From positions 1 to 51,054 of the forward strand of contig CAVCSJ010000001.1 in the NCBI GenBank assembly GCA_963604895.1: DNA of 51,054 nucleotides, read 5' to 3'. The DNA comes from a bacterium. GTDB lineage: Bacteria > Bacteroidota > Bacteroidia > Bacteroidales > UBA932. A model generated the notes under the pieces. That model was not told where the DNA came from and made no database searches. It was given only the letters and a program-made list of their open reading frames with translations. Positions 35,731-44,961 of the stretch are shown piece by piece. A program made the position numbers and the translations under genes. Each line of letters opens with the position of its first letter. Position 1 is the stretch's first letter.

Positions 35731-37659
35731 ATGGCTGAAGTGAATTATACTGACGACAATATAAAGACTCTGGAATGGAGGCTTCACATCCGCAAACGTG
35801 CCGGTATGTATATCGGACGCCTCGGAAACGGTGAAAATCAGGGAGATGGCATTTATGTGCTGGTGAAGGAGATCGTGGACAACTCCGTGGACGAGTTCTC
35901 TATGGGAGCCGGAAAGCAGATTCAGATAAGCATTCAGGACAATGTCGTGAGAGTCCGCGACTTCGGCCGCGGAATTCCGCTCGGCTCAGTCATCAAGGCC
36001 ACCAGCGAGCTGAACACCGGCGGAAAGTTCGACAGCGAGGCGTTCAAAAAGTCCGTGGGACTTAACGGCGTGGGTATGAAGGCCGTGAACGCGCTCTCCG
36101 AGTCCTTCTACGTCTGCTCGCACCGCGACGGCGAGAAGTCGTGGGCGCGCTTCACCAGAGGCGAACTGGTAGACAGCGGTCGCGAAGCGACCAATGAAAA
36201 AAACGGCACCCTCGTCGAATTCAAGCCTGACACCGAGATTTTCGGCGACTACAGCTACCATATGGACTATGTGGAGACCCTTGTGAAGAACTATTCCTAT
36301 CTGAAGCGCGGTCTGCAGCTGGTCCTGAACGGAGTTTCCTACAAGTCCGAAAACGGCCTTCTGGACCTCGTGAACGACAATCTTTCCGAGGCTCCGCTCT
36401 ATCCGCCTATCCATCTGGAAGGCGAAGACATAGAGATCGTGCTGTCGCACGGCAATTCCTACGGCGAGAACATTTCTTCCTTCGTGAACGGTCAGAATAC
36501 CCGTGACGGAGGAACACATCTGGCAGCCTACCGTGAGGCCATCGCCAAGACCCTCAAGGACTTCTTCAAGAAGAATTACGAGCCTTCCGACTGCCGTCAG
36601 GGCGTGATCGGGGCCGTGAGCATACAGATTCAGGAGCCAATATTCGAGGCTCAGACGAAGACCAAACTCGGCTCCACATATGTCTGGGAGCGCGAAATGA
36701 CCGATGAGAACGGTCAGGTGATGAAGAATCCCGACGGTTCGGTGATGATCGAAAGAGGCCCTACCATCCGCAGCTTCATAAACGACTTCGTCTCCAAGCA
36801 TCTGGATAATTATCTGCGTGTCCACAAGGAGATTGTCCCTGTCATCGAGGAGAAGATAAAGACCTCTCAGAAGGAGCGTGAGGAGATTGCGGGTATCCAG
36901 AAGAAGACACGCGAACGCAACAAGAAGGCTTCTGTCTACAATAGAAAACTTCGTGACTGCAGCGTGCATTTCAATGACCGCGTGACCGAAAAGAACCAGG
37001 AGGATGTCCAGAAGACTTCGGTGTTCATCACGGAGGGAGATTCCGCGAGCGGTACCATCACGATGGCCCGCAACGCCAAGACCCAGGCCGTGTTCAGCCT
37101 TCGGGGCAAGCCTATCAACTGCTTCAAGGAAAGCCGTCGCAAAGTGGCTGAGAATGAAGAACTTAATCTTCTGATTTCCGCTCTTGGAGTTGAGGATGAC
37201 CTCGAGAACCTCAGATACAACAACATCATCGTGGCGACCGATGCCGATGATGACGGAATGCACATCAGAATGCTGGTGGTGACCTTCTTTATGAAGTATT
37301 ATCCGGACCTCATCCGCCGCGGTCACGTGCATATCCTGCAGACTCCGCTCTTCCGCGTAAGGAACAAGAAGACAACGCGTTACTGCTACTCAATCGAGGA
37401 AAGGGACAAGGCCGCGAAGGACCTGAAGGCCGGCGTGGAGATCACCCGGTTCAAAGGTCTCGGTGAAATCTCTGCAACGGAGTTCAAGAGCTTTATCGAC
37501 GAGGATATGCGTCTCGACGAGGTGACACTCTCCGATGAGGAGTCCATCGCCGACATTATGGCCTTCTATATGGGCGACAATACTATAGAAAGACAGAACT
37601 TCATCCGCGAGAATCTCCGTTCCGAGGAGGAACTTGAGGACGTGGATATAAACGAATAG
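35731..37659 (+). CDS. parE: DNA topoisomerase IV subunit B
   Basis: GHKL motifs (KEIVDNSVDE, DFGRGIP, GLNGVG), TOPRIM ITEGDSA, FSLRGKP, ATDADDDG.HI and RFKGLGE; length and N-terminus fit Bacteroidota ParE better than GyrB. Confidence 0.88.
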   Translation: MAEVNYTDDNIKTLEWRLHIRKRAGMYIGRLGNGENQGDGIYVLVKEIVDNSVDEFSMGAGKQIQISIQDNVVRVRDFGRGIPLGSVIKATSELNTGGKFDSEAFKKSVGLNGVGMKAVNALSESFYVCSHRDGEKSWARFTRGELVDSGREATNEKNGTLVEFKPDTEIFGDYSYHMDYVETLVKNYSYLKRGLQLVLNGVSYKSENGLLDLVNDNLSEAPLYPPIHLEGEDIEIVLSHGNSYGENISSFVNGQNTRDGGTHLAAYREAIAKTLKDFFKKNYEPSDCRQGVIGAVSIQIQEPIFEAQTKTKLGSTYVWEREMTDENGQVMKNPDGSVMIERGPTIRSFINDFVSKHLDNYLRVHKEIVPVIEEKIKTSQKEREEIAGIQKKTRERNKKASVYNRKLRDCSVHFNDRVTEKNQEDVQKTSVFITEGDSASGTITMARNAKTQAVFSLRGKPINCFKESRRKVAENEELNLLISALGVEDDLENLRYNNIIVATDADDDGMHIRMLVVTFFMKYYPDLIRRGHVHILQTPLFRVRNKKTTRYCYSIEERDKAAKDLKAGVEITRFKGLGEISATEFKSFIDEDMRLDEVTLSDEESIADIMAFYMGDNTIERQNFIRENLRSEEELEDVDINE

Positions 37660-37663
37660 CCTT

Positions 37664-38215
37664 ATGACACAGAAATTCGCCACCTTCCTGCTTACCAAAG
37701 TATTCGGATACAGAACCATAGGAGAACTTCCTCCGGAGAAGAAGGTCATCTTCCTGGCGGCTCCTCATACAAGTATCTGGGATGCCCTTTTCGGCTATCT
37801 GTATTTCAGAACCCTGAATGAAAGGCTCAAGATAATGATAAAGAAGGAGGCTTTCTTCTGGCCGGCGAACTGGATTATCCGCAGCATCGGCGGTTTTCCT
37901 GTGGACCGCAGCCATCCCCAGGCCCTGATGGTGGACCTGATTCACGAGATGCAGAAGGATGACAAGTTCTATCTGGCCATCTGCCCGGAAGGCTCACGCA
38001 AGCCCGTAAAGAAGTGGAAGACAGGCTATCACACCATCGCCAAGGAGACCGGAAGCACGGTCTATCTGACCACGATGGACTATAAGAAGAAGTATGTGGG
38101 CATCACCGAGAGGTTCGAGCTGACTGACAATGCCCGTGCGGATACCGAGCGTATCCAGAAGATCTACGAAAGCTATCATATCACCCCTTGTCATCCTGAC
38201 GGCGTAGCGTATTGA
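37664..38215 (+). CDS. 1-acyl-sn-glycerol-3-phosphate acyltransferase-family protein
   Basis: APHTSIWD (HX4D), GGFPVDR and PEGSR motifs. Confidence 0.88.
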   Translation: MTQKFATFLLTKVFGYRTIGELPPEKKVIFLAAPHTSIWDALFGYLYFRTLNERLKIMIKKEAFFWPANWIIRSIGGFPVDRSHPQALMVDLIHEMQKDDKFYLAICPEGSRKPVKKWKTGYHTIAKETGSTVYLTTMDYKKKYVGITERFELTDNARADTERIQKIYESYHITPCHPDGVAY

Positions 38216-38253
38216 TAGGGGAGCGCCTGAAACCGGAATGACGGTTCAGGATT

Positions 38254-39120
38254 CTAAAACAGCATAAGGATATATCCAGCAGCCAGCGCCAGAACACATT
38301 TTATTCCCTTGGCGCGGAAGAAACTGCGTTTGTCCTCCGCGAGCAGCGGCAGACCCGCGTGCCCGTCCTGCGACAGACAGCTCGCGATCAATACCGGAAG
38401 CGGTACGATTCCCTGCGCGAACAGTGTCACGAACACCAGATGCGGCCCCGACTGCGGAATCAGCCCGATGAGCACCGCGAGCGGAATCATCAGCGCAGTG
38501 TTTCCGCTGACCCAGGTCTCCAGATCCACATAGTGCGACGCGATATGCACGACCAGCAGCACTCCGAACGCCCAGGCGAAAATCTTGAGGGCTTCGCCCA
38601 ATGTGTGCAGCATCCTGTGCTTCAAGTCTTTACCTTCGGTGTGGGATGAAATCGCCCCCGTCGATTCAGGGGCTGGATTGGCCGAAGGCCCGGTCTCGGA
38701 TTGGCCGTCAGGCCGCGAAAGAACTGAGGAACGGCGACGCTCGAAGAATTCCGTCAGCAGTCCCACGACGATGGCTGACACGAAGAGTCCCAGGAAGATC
38801 CACAGGGCTGTGACAGGGTACATCGCCAGCATCACGAAGGCCTCGTCGCCTGTCGAAGCGATCATCATTGCAAGCAGAGCTCCGAAGGAAAATGCGCGCT
38901 TGGAGTACATCGAGACGGTGATGTAGCCTCCCAGGCACCCCGGGATGACTCCGAGCACGGCGGCGGAGAGGACTCCGCCCAATTTCGAGCGCCTCAGGAG
39001 CGGAATGAGCTTGCCCTCAGTGCGATAGCTCAGATACTCGATGAGCAGCATCATCGCCGTCACGATGGCGGTGATGATCAGCGACTCCTTAAGTATGTCC
39101 AGCAGAGCGCCCCAGTCCAT
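38254..39120 (-). CDS. Putative metal/arsenic permease (DUF2899/ArsP-like)
   Basis: Duplicated LGVIPGC.G / IGLIPQSGPH motifs, IASTGDEAFVM and SQDGHAGLPLL; multiple TM helices. Confidence 0.75.
   Translation of the reverse strand: MDWGALLDILKESLIITAIVTAMMLLIEYLSYRTEGKLIPLLRRSKLGGVLSAAVLGVIPGCLGGYITVSMYSKRAFSFGALLAMMIASTGDEAFVMLAMYPVTALWIFLGLFVSAIVVGLLTEFFERRRSSVLSRPDGQSETGPSANPAPESTGAISSHTEGKDLKHRMLHTLGEALKIFAWAFGVLLVVHIASHYVDLETWVSGNTALMIPLAVLIGLIPQSGPHLVFVTLFAQGIVPLPVLIASCLSQDGHAGLPLLAEDKRSFFRAKGIKCVLALAAGYILMLF
38667..38716 (-). repeat. Copy of the cls repeat in frame in the permease loop
   Basis: Minus strand GGCCTGACGGCCAATCC (38698-38714) is identical to 18745-18761, followed by a second unit CCTTCGGCCAATCC. 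Confidence 0.8.
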
Positions 39121-39124
39121 AAGT

Positions 39125-40285
39125 TTAATTTATGAAACCTACGATGTAGCCGTTCACAAGTGGACGAGCAGGGGAATTGGTCGTCATATTGACGACCACG
39201 GTGACTTCGCCCTTCGGCAGGCCTGAGGTGTCGAAATCCATCTCTATCTTGGCTTTGGCACCCGGCTGGACGGTCGGCAGCTGGCCGAAAGTGAGTCGGG
39301 AGCACTCAGAATCAATGCTGTAGATCTTGAGCGGGGACTTGCCCCTGTTCGTGACGGTGAAGACTGCGTGCACGGTCTTGCCGGCCTTGACGCGCCCGAA
39401 GCTGAAATTGCTCTCGTCCAGGAACGGGGCCGGGGCGGACTTCTTCTGTTCGGCTGTCAGCGAAGAGAAATTCTCCTTCAGCATAGCCTGGAAGCCGATG
39501 CGGGAGGTTCCGGTGCCGATGTCCGTGCGGCGGTTGCGGATGAAATGCTCTCCGCCGGCGACCTCCTCTTCAGGAGTGCTCGCCCCGGTGGCCTTTACCT
39601 CCTTGCCGTCCACGAGGAGCGTCGCCAGATACCAGCAGCTGCCCCAATGCTTGCGGTCGGAAGTGATGTTGTAATGCAGGTCGGCGGTCTTTCCGGCAGG
39701 TATGGTGGACGGCTCCACGCTCAGAGTGAGGCCTTCGGAGACATTCTTGAAGCTGACTTTCACCGGTTTGGAGCTCAGGTTGGCGATTTTTACATAGCCG
39801 TTCTTCTGCTCGCCCTGGGAGAGGTTGCCGGTGCGTACAGAGGCGTCTTTCAGACCGATGCTGCCGTAGTGCATCGGGTAGAGCTCCTTAAGAGGACGGG
39901 CCTTCTCGAGGGAGGTGCCGCGAAGGTGAAGGATGATGGGACGGCTGAGGTCGGAGATGTATACGGTGAGTGTCTTGTCGAAGGGGTAAGGACCCTCGTC
40001 ATTGCTGTAACTCGCTGATACCGTGCCTGTAGCGCCGGGCTTTATGTCGTCCTTGGTCCAGGAGACCTTGGTACAGCCGCAGGAGGACAATACGCTGTAG
40101 ATTACTATGTTGTCCTTGGATATATTCTTGATTTTGAAGCTGTGGGATACAGCTCCGTCGGACATGAACACTTCACCGAAGTCGTGAGTCAGTCCATCCA
40201 CTTCCACTACGCCCTCTACAGCGGTCTGGGCTGACAGAGTGACAGCGGAGAGTATTGCGGCAAAAATCGAAATTATACGTTTCAT
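39125..40285 (-). CDS. DUF1573 domain protein (three Ig-like repeats), secreted
   Basis: Signal peptide; HDFGEV...F.IKN...SSCGCT.....I.PG pattern repeated. Confidence 0.82.
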   Translation of the reverse strand: MKRIISIFAAILSAVTLSAQTAVEGVVEVDGLTHDFGEVFMSDGAVSHSFKIKNISKDNIVIYSVLSSCGCTKVSWTKDDIKPGATGTVSASYSNDEGPYPFDKTLTVYISDLSRPIILHLRGTSLEKARPLKELYPMHYGSIGLKDASVRTGNLSQGEQKNGYVKIANLSSKPVKVSFKNVSEGLTLSVEPSTIPAGKTADLHYNITSDRKHWGSCWYLATLLVDGKEVKATGASTPEEEVAGGEHFIRNRRTDIGTGTSRIGFQAMLKENFSSLTAEQKKSAPAPFLDESNFSFGRVKAGKTVHAVFTVTNRGKSPLKIYSIDSECSRLTFGQLPTVQPGAKAKIEMDFDTSGLPKGEVTVVVNMTTNSPARPLVNGYIVGFIN

Positions 40286-40289
40286 AATG

Positions 40290-40297
40290 CAAAAGTA
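40290..40297 (-). promoter_or_regulatory. -7 element directly abutting the DUF1573 start codon
   Basis: Minus strand TACTTTTG-CATT-ATG. Confidence 0.6.
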
Positions 40298-40319
40298 CGA
40301 ACAAAAATCTTTCCACAGA

Positions 40320-40351
40320 TTTGATTATTCAAATATATTCGCATACATTTG
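40320..40351 (+). promoter_or_regulatory. Ferredoxin promoter
   Basis: TTTG-20 nt-TACATTTG. Confidence 0.75.
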
Positions 40352-40398
40352 TGTGTCCGTTCGGATTGGACGGGTATTGTTAACAATTATTTTTTACT

Positions 40399-40569
40399 AT
40401 GGCACACAAAATTAACCCTGATATCTGCGTAGCTTGCGGCTCTTGTCAGTCGGAGTGCCCACAGGGAGCTATTTCCGAGGGAGATGCTTACAGCATCAAT
40501 CCTGATCTCTGCATCGATTGCGGTGCTTGCGCGGATGCTTGCCCTATGGGAGCAATCAGCGAAGAGTAA
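40399..40569 (+). CDS. 2[4Fe-4S] ferredoxin, 56 aa (absent from the ORF track)
   Basis: MAHKINPDICVACGSCQSECPQGAISEGDAYSINPDLCIDCGACADACPMGAISEE has two CxxCxxCxxxCP motifs; own promoter and terminator. Confidence 0.95.
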   Translation: MAHKINPDICVACGSCQSECPQGAISEGDAYSINPDLCIDCGACADACPMGAISEE

Positions 40570-40578
40570 TAGCTGATA

Positions 40579-41169
40579 TCAGAAAAGAGAATGGGTGGAG
40601 TCCTTTGAAGGCTCCACCTTTTTTTGTTCCATATTGGACGCGTCAGCGCTCCGCGCTGCGTCTCGTTTATTCACTGGGGGCCGCATCCCCCAGACCCCCT
40701 GGGCCGCTGACGCTCCGTCAGGAGCTTCGATTTCAACATTGGACGCGTCAGCGGCCCGCTGGCGGGTGATGGTGGTGATGCGGAGGTTGCCGCCCTGCGC
40801 GGCGATGTCGATATCGGCCTCCGGCGAGCCTGCAGGCACGAAATGCGGGTCGAAGCACTCGTCTATGCCGATCGTCAGGCGGGTGCGCTTCCGTACCGGC
40901 AGCGCGGGGATTCCGCTCTGGAACGCCGCATTGAGCGCGCCGTACCAATACTCTATCTGCGAAGCGTACTCGCTGAAGGCGCGCCCGTCGTCGCTCAGGC
41001 GCACAGTGTAGCGGTTACGCACGAAAAGCTTGCGCCCCACCGCCTTTTCGAGCTCTGCAATATTCTGGCTCACAGCCGGTTGGCTGATGCCTAGGCGGGC
41101 CGCGGCGAGCGTGAAGCTCTCCTCTTCCACCACCGCCCGGAAAATCTTGAGTCTTGAATCTTCTATCAT
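40579..41169 (-). CDS. LysR-family HTH protein lacking the effector-binding domain
   Basis: RLKIFRAVVEEESFTLAAARLGISQPAVSQNIAELEKAVGRKLFVR; only about 196 aa, with a repeat-derived C-terminus. Confidence 0.75.
   Translation of the reverse strand: MIEDSRLKIFRAVVEEESFTLAAARLGISQPAVSQNIAELEKAVGRKLFVRNRYTVRLSDDGRAFSEYASQIEYWYGALNAAFQSGIPALPVRKRTRLTIGIDECFDPHFVPAGSPEADIDIAAQGGNLRITTITRQRAADASNVEIEAPDGASAAQGVWGMRPPVNKRDAARSADASNMEQKKVEPSKDSTHSLF
40594..40625 (+). terminator. Terminator after ferredoxin (overlaps the LysR 3' end)
   Basis: GGTGGAG-t-CCTT-tg-AAGG-CTCCACC followed by T7. Confidence 0.8.
40633..40757. repeat. REP-like composite inside the LysR 3' end
   Basis: 16-bp direct repeat ATTGGACGCGTCAGCG at 40633 and 40738; 13-bp perfect inverted repeat 40701-40713/40745-40757; GGGGGCCGCATCCCCCAGACCCCC motif. 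Confidence 0.8.
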
Positions 41170-41279
41170 AAGCAAATCTTATAATGCAAATATGGTCATT
41201 TTTTTGTAGTAAACCGACAGGGCGATGCGTTTTTTAGATGAAACGGCGCCGATAGGCATTTACCTGTACTGAGGGGATA

Positions 41280-41311
41280 TTTGCCAATATCAGCCAAAGT
41301 GCTTAAATTTG
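41280..41311 (+). promoter_or_regulatory. Promoter of M16 peptidase
   Basis: TTTG-20 nt-TAAATTTG. Confidence 0.7.
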
Positions 41312-41350
41312 TGGATGACATAGAAGGTAACTACTTAAATTCTTAATACA

Positions 41351-44149
41351 ATGAGAAAATTACTTATCACTTTTGCAGCCATCGTGGCCACGGCCTTCCT
41401 CGGCTCGGCTCAGGAGCTGCAGCAGTTGCCCAACGATCCGGCGGTACGCCAGGGCAAGCTGGACAACGGCATGACTTACTACATCATGCATAACGAGAAT
41501 CCCGCCCAGCGCGCGGAGTTCTATCTCGCGACTGACGTGGGAGCCATCCAGGAGAATCCTGACCAGGACGGTCTCGCACACTTCCTCGAGCATATGTGCT
41601 TCAACGGTACCAGGAATTTCCCAGGTAAGGGCATTCTGAACTATCTCCAGAGCATCGGAGCATCCTTCGGAGGCAATGTGAACGCATCCACAGGCGTGGA
41701 GCAGACTATCTATATGCTGAACAACATTCCTCTCCTGAGGGAGAGCGTTGTGGACAGCTGTCTTCTCATTATGCACGACTATTCGCACTTTGTGACCTGC
41801 GACCCTGTCGAGATCGACAGCGAGAGGGGAGTCATCCTCGAGGAGAAGCGTTCCCGCAACAACGCCTCCTGGCGTATGCGCGAAGCTTCGGCGCCTTACT
41901 ATTACGGTGATACGAAGTACGCCCACTGCACCATCATCGGCAGCGAGGAGAACCTCAAGACCTTCAAGCCTGAGAGCCTGACGTCCTTCTACCACACCTG
42001 GTACCGTCCTGATATGCAGGCGCTTATCGTAGTTGGTGATGTGGATGTCGACAGAACCGAGGCCAAGATCAAGGAGATCTTCGCGGACATCCCTGCAGCC
42101 GAAAATCCGAAGGCGAAGGACGTCATCACCATTCCTGAGAACAAGGAGCCGCTCATCGGCATCGTGACCGATCCTGAGGCACAGAGCAGCAGCATCGAGT
42201 TCCTCTGGAAGAGCGAGGCGACCCCTGAGGAGCTCAACTCCACCGTTCAGGGACTGATGACAAATCTCATCAAATCACTCTATTCACAGATCTTCGCCGA
42301 GCGCTTCAACGACCTCTGCGCCAAGCCGGACGCACCGTTCCTCGCCGGAGGACTCGACATCGGCAACCTTTGTGAGACTCTCGAAGTCGTGATGGGCGTC
42401 GCCCAATTCAAGGACGGAGAAGCCCTTCCTGCCGCCAAGGCGTTCCTGCTCGAGGTCGAGAAGGCCCGCAGGTTCGGTTTCAATGACGCTGAAGTGGAGA
42501 GAGCGAAGGCCGAGATTCTTTCCCAGTATGAGGCCGAGGCCAACAAGGCCAGCACCCGCACAAATGCCCAGCTGGTCAACCCGCTCATCAACAATTTCTT
42601 CGACAATTATTCCTATATGGAGCCTAATGCCGAGTATGATGTGGTGAAGATGATTCTCCCTCAGCTCAACGCCCAGGTTCTGAATATGGTATTCCCTCAG
42701 CTGATAGGCCCTGAGAACTTCGTGGTTATCTACAAGGCTCCTGCAAGTGCAAACCATCCTACTGTCGAGCAGCTCAGGGCTGTCATCGACGAGGTGGAGA
42801 ACGCTGAGATCGAAGCTCCTCAGGCTGAGGATATTCCTTCAGAATTCCTCAATCCTGCATCCCTCAGGGGCGCCAAGGTGAAGAAGACTTCCGAAGGCCT
42901 CTACGGCTCCACAGTCTGGACTCTGAAGAACGGTGTCAAGGTGATTCTCCTTCCTACCGATTACGAGAAAGACAGAATCTCCTTCTCCATTATGAAGGAC
43001 GGCGGTCTGAGCCTCGTTTCCGATGAGGATCTCCCTTCATTCGAGAGCAATCTCACCTACCTCTTCGGCAGCACTTCAGGTGTGGGTGACTATTCTGCCA
43101 CAACCCTCCAGAAGATGATGTCCGGCAAGCAGTTCAGCGTTTCCAGATCCTATGGCAGTCTCAGCCACGGATTCAGCGGAAGCAGCACAGTGAAGGATCT
43201 CGAATCCGCCCTGCAGCTTCTCTATCTGAACTACACCCGGCCTCGTTTCGATCAGGCCGAGTATGACCAGGCTGTCAAGCAGCTTGAGGCCATCCTCCCT
43301 AACCTGGAGCAGCAGCCTAGCTATCAGCTCCAGAAGGTGATTGCCGAGAAGTTCTATGACAGCCCGCGTTCCGCCACCATCAGTGAGGAACTGCTTTCCA
43401 AGGCAAGCCTGAGCACCATAGAGAGAGTTACCAAGGATCTCTTCAAGGATGCCGCCGGCGCCACTATGATTATGGTGGGAGATTTCGATGTGGAGACCGT
43501 GAAGCCTCTCATCGAGAAGTACATAGGCAGTCTCCCTAAGGGAAAGAAGGCGACTTCCTGGATCGACAGGGATGATGAGATCGTCAGCAGGAACGTGCTC
43601 GAGGACTTCCGCGTGAAGATGGAGGCTCCGAAGACCACCGTTCTCCAGTGCTGGAAGACTGACGACATCACCTACAGCACCGCAAATCTCGTGGTTTATT
43701 CCGCTCTTGAGTACATTCTCGATATGGTTTACACCGCTACACTGCGTGAGGAGGAAGGCGGTACTTACGGCGCGAGCGCAGGCACTACGCTCAGTCGCGA
43801 GCCTAAGCAGTTCGGCTTCCTTCAGGTGGCTTACGAGACCAATGACGAGCAGTCCAATTCACTCCGTGAACTTGCCGTGAAGGGTCTTCGCGATCTCGCG
43901 GAGAACGGCCCGAGCGCTGAGTATTTCGACAGGACCGTGAAGAATTTGCAGAAGAATATCCCTGAGAGCCGTCTGAGAAACAGCTATTGGGTCAATTCCC
44001 TGAGAAAGTGGAATGACTATGGCGAGAACTATGACGCCGAATGGGAGGCCGCGGTGAACGCTCTGACCCCTGACCAGATCAAGGCAGCCGCTTCCGCTCT
44101 TCTCAACGGATATACTCTCGAGGCCGTTATGCGCCCTGAAGTCAAGTAA
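41351..44149 (+). CDS. M16-family zinc peptidase (PqqL-like), secreted
   Basis: Signal peptide; GKLDNGMTYYI, GLAHFLEHMCFNG (HxxEH), WYRPD and LREEEGGTYG. Confidence 0.92.
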   Translation: MRKLLITFAAIVATAFLGSAQELQQLPNDPAVRQGKLDNGMTYYIMHNENPAQRAEFYLATDVGAIQENPDQDGLAHFLEHMCFNGTRNFPGKGILNYLQSIGASFGGNVNASTGVEQTIYMLNNIPLLRESVVDSCLLIMHDYSHFVTCDPVEIDSERGVILEEKRSRNNASWRMREASAPYYYGDTKYAHCTIIGSEENLKTFKPESLTSFYHTWYRPDMQALIVVGDVDVDRTEAKIKEIFADIPAAENPKAKDVITIPENKEPLIGIVTDPEAQSSSIEFLWKSEATPEELNSTVQGLMTNLIKSLYSQIFAERFNDLCAKPDAPFLAGGLDIGNLCETLEVVMGVAQFKDGEALPAAKAFLLEVEKARRFGFNDAEVERAKAEILSQYEAEANKASTRTNAQLVNPLINNFFDNYSYMEPNAEYDVVKMILPQLNAQVLNMVFPQLIGPENFVVIYKAPASANHPTVEQLRAVIDEVENAEIEAPQAEDIPSEFLNPASLRGAKVKKTSEGLYGSTVWTLKNGVKVILLPTDYEKDRISFSIMKDGGLSLVSDEDLPSFESNLTYLFGSTSGVGDYSATTLQKMMSGKQFSVSRSYGSLSHGFSGSSTVKDLESALQLLYLNYTRPRFDQAEYDQAVKQLEAILPNLEQQPSYQLQKVIAEKFYDSPRSATISEELLSKASLSTIERVTKDLFKDAAGATMIMVGDFDVETVKPLIEKYIGSLPKGKKATSWIDRDDEIVSRNVLEDFRVKMEAPKTTVLQCWKTDDITYSTANLVVYSALEYILDMVYTATLREEEGGTYGASAGTTLSREPKQFGFLQVAYETNDEQSNSLRELAVKGLRDLAENGPSAEYFDRTVKNLQKNIPESRLRNSYWVNSLRKWNDYGENYDAEWEAAVNALTPDQIKAAASALLNGYTLEAVMRPEVK

Positions 44150-44188
44150 TTGGCTTGAATAAAACTTGCGGAATCTGAAAATAATTCC

Positions 44189-44228
44189 TATATTTGCAGC
44201 CCTTTGTGAGATGTTCTCACAAGGGGCT
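44189..44228 (+). promoter_or_regulatory. rpsF promoter -7 box and leader hairpin
   Basis: TATATTTG (44189-44196), then 14-bp stem AGCCCTTTGTGAGA-tgt-TCTCACAAGGGGCT. Confidence 0.65.
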
Positions 44229-44259
44229 AATTTTAATTTATTAATTATCAATCACTAAG

Positions 44260-44661
44260 ATGGTAAAACAGTACGAAACCGTTTTCATTGCAACTCCCGT
44301 TTTGTCTGATGCTCAGATGAAGGAAGCGGTTGCCAAGTACACTGAGCTCATCAAAGCCAACGGCGGTGAGGTCGTGTATGAAGAGGATTGGGGACTCAAG
44401 CAGCTCGCTTACCCTATCCAGCACAAGACATCAGGATTCTACTACCTGATCGAGTTCAAGGCCGAGCCTGAATTCGTAGCTACTCTCGAGACCCAGTATC
44501 GTCGTGACGAAAGGGTCATCCGTTTCATCACTGTCGCTCTCGACAAGCACGCTGTAGCTTACGCAGAGAGAAGAAGAAACAACAAGTCCAAGGCTGCCGC
44601 TGCTCCTGTAGAGGAGGAGAAAGCTGTTGAGGCTGAAGATGTTAAACCAGCTGAAGAATAA
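44260..44661 (+). CDS. rpsF: 30S ribosomal protein bS6
   Basis: [20 protein letters not shown] and RRDERVIRF; first gene of rpsF-rpsR-rplI. Confidence 0.97.
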   Translation: MVKQYETVFIATPVLSDAQMKEAVAKYTELIKANGGEVVYEEDWGLKQLAYPIQHKTSGFYYLIEFKAEPEFVATLETQYRRDERVIRFITVALDKHAVAYAERRRNNKSKAAAAPVEEEKAVEAEDVKPAEE

Positions 44662-44666
44662 GGAGG
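44659..44666 (+). promoter_or_regulatory. Strong Shine-Dalgarno sequence before rpsR
   Basis: TAAGGAGG 7 nt upstream of the ATG, overlapping the rpsF stop codon. Confidence 0.8.
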
Positions 44667-44673
44667 AATCATT

Positions 44674-44952
44674 ATGGCACAGACTACTGAACGTAACAAC
44701 GGTATCCGTTATCTGAACCCTCCTACAGTTGAGGTTCGCAAGAAGAAGTACTGCCGTTTCAAGAAGGCAGGTATCAAGTATATCGACTACAAGGATCCTG
44801 AGTTCCTTAAGAAGTTCCTGAACGAGCAGGGTAAGATTCTCCCTCGCCGCATCACCGGTACTTCTCTCAAGTTCCAGCGCAAAGTCGCTCAGGCAGTGAA
44901 GCGCGCACGCTCCATTGCTCTTCTCCCATATGTTACTGACCTCCTTAAATAA
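44674..44952 (+). CDS. rpsR: 30S ribosomal protein bS18
   Basis: [24 protein letters not shown]...[18 protein letters not shown]. Confidence 0.97.
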   Translation: MAQTTERNNGIRYLNPPTVEVRKKKYCRFKKAGIKYIDYKDPEFLKKFLNEQGKILPRRITGTSLKFQRKVAQAVKRARSIALLPYVTDLLK

Positions 44953-44961
44953 TTGAGAGTT

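Noticed and set aside
35731..37659. parE without adjacent parC as an anomaly
   Set aside because: Non-adjacent topoisomerase IV subunit genes are common in Bacteroidota, so this is not informative.
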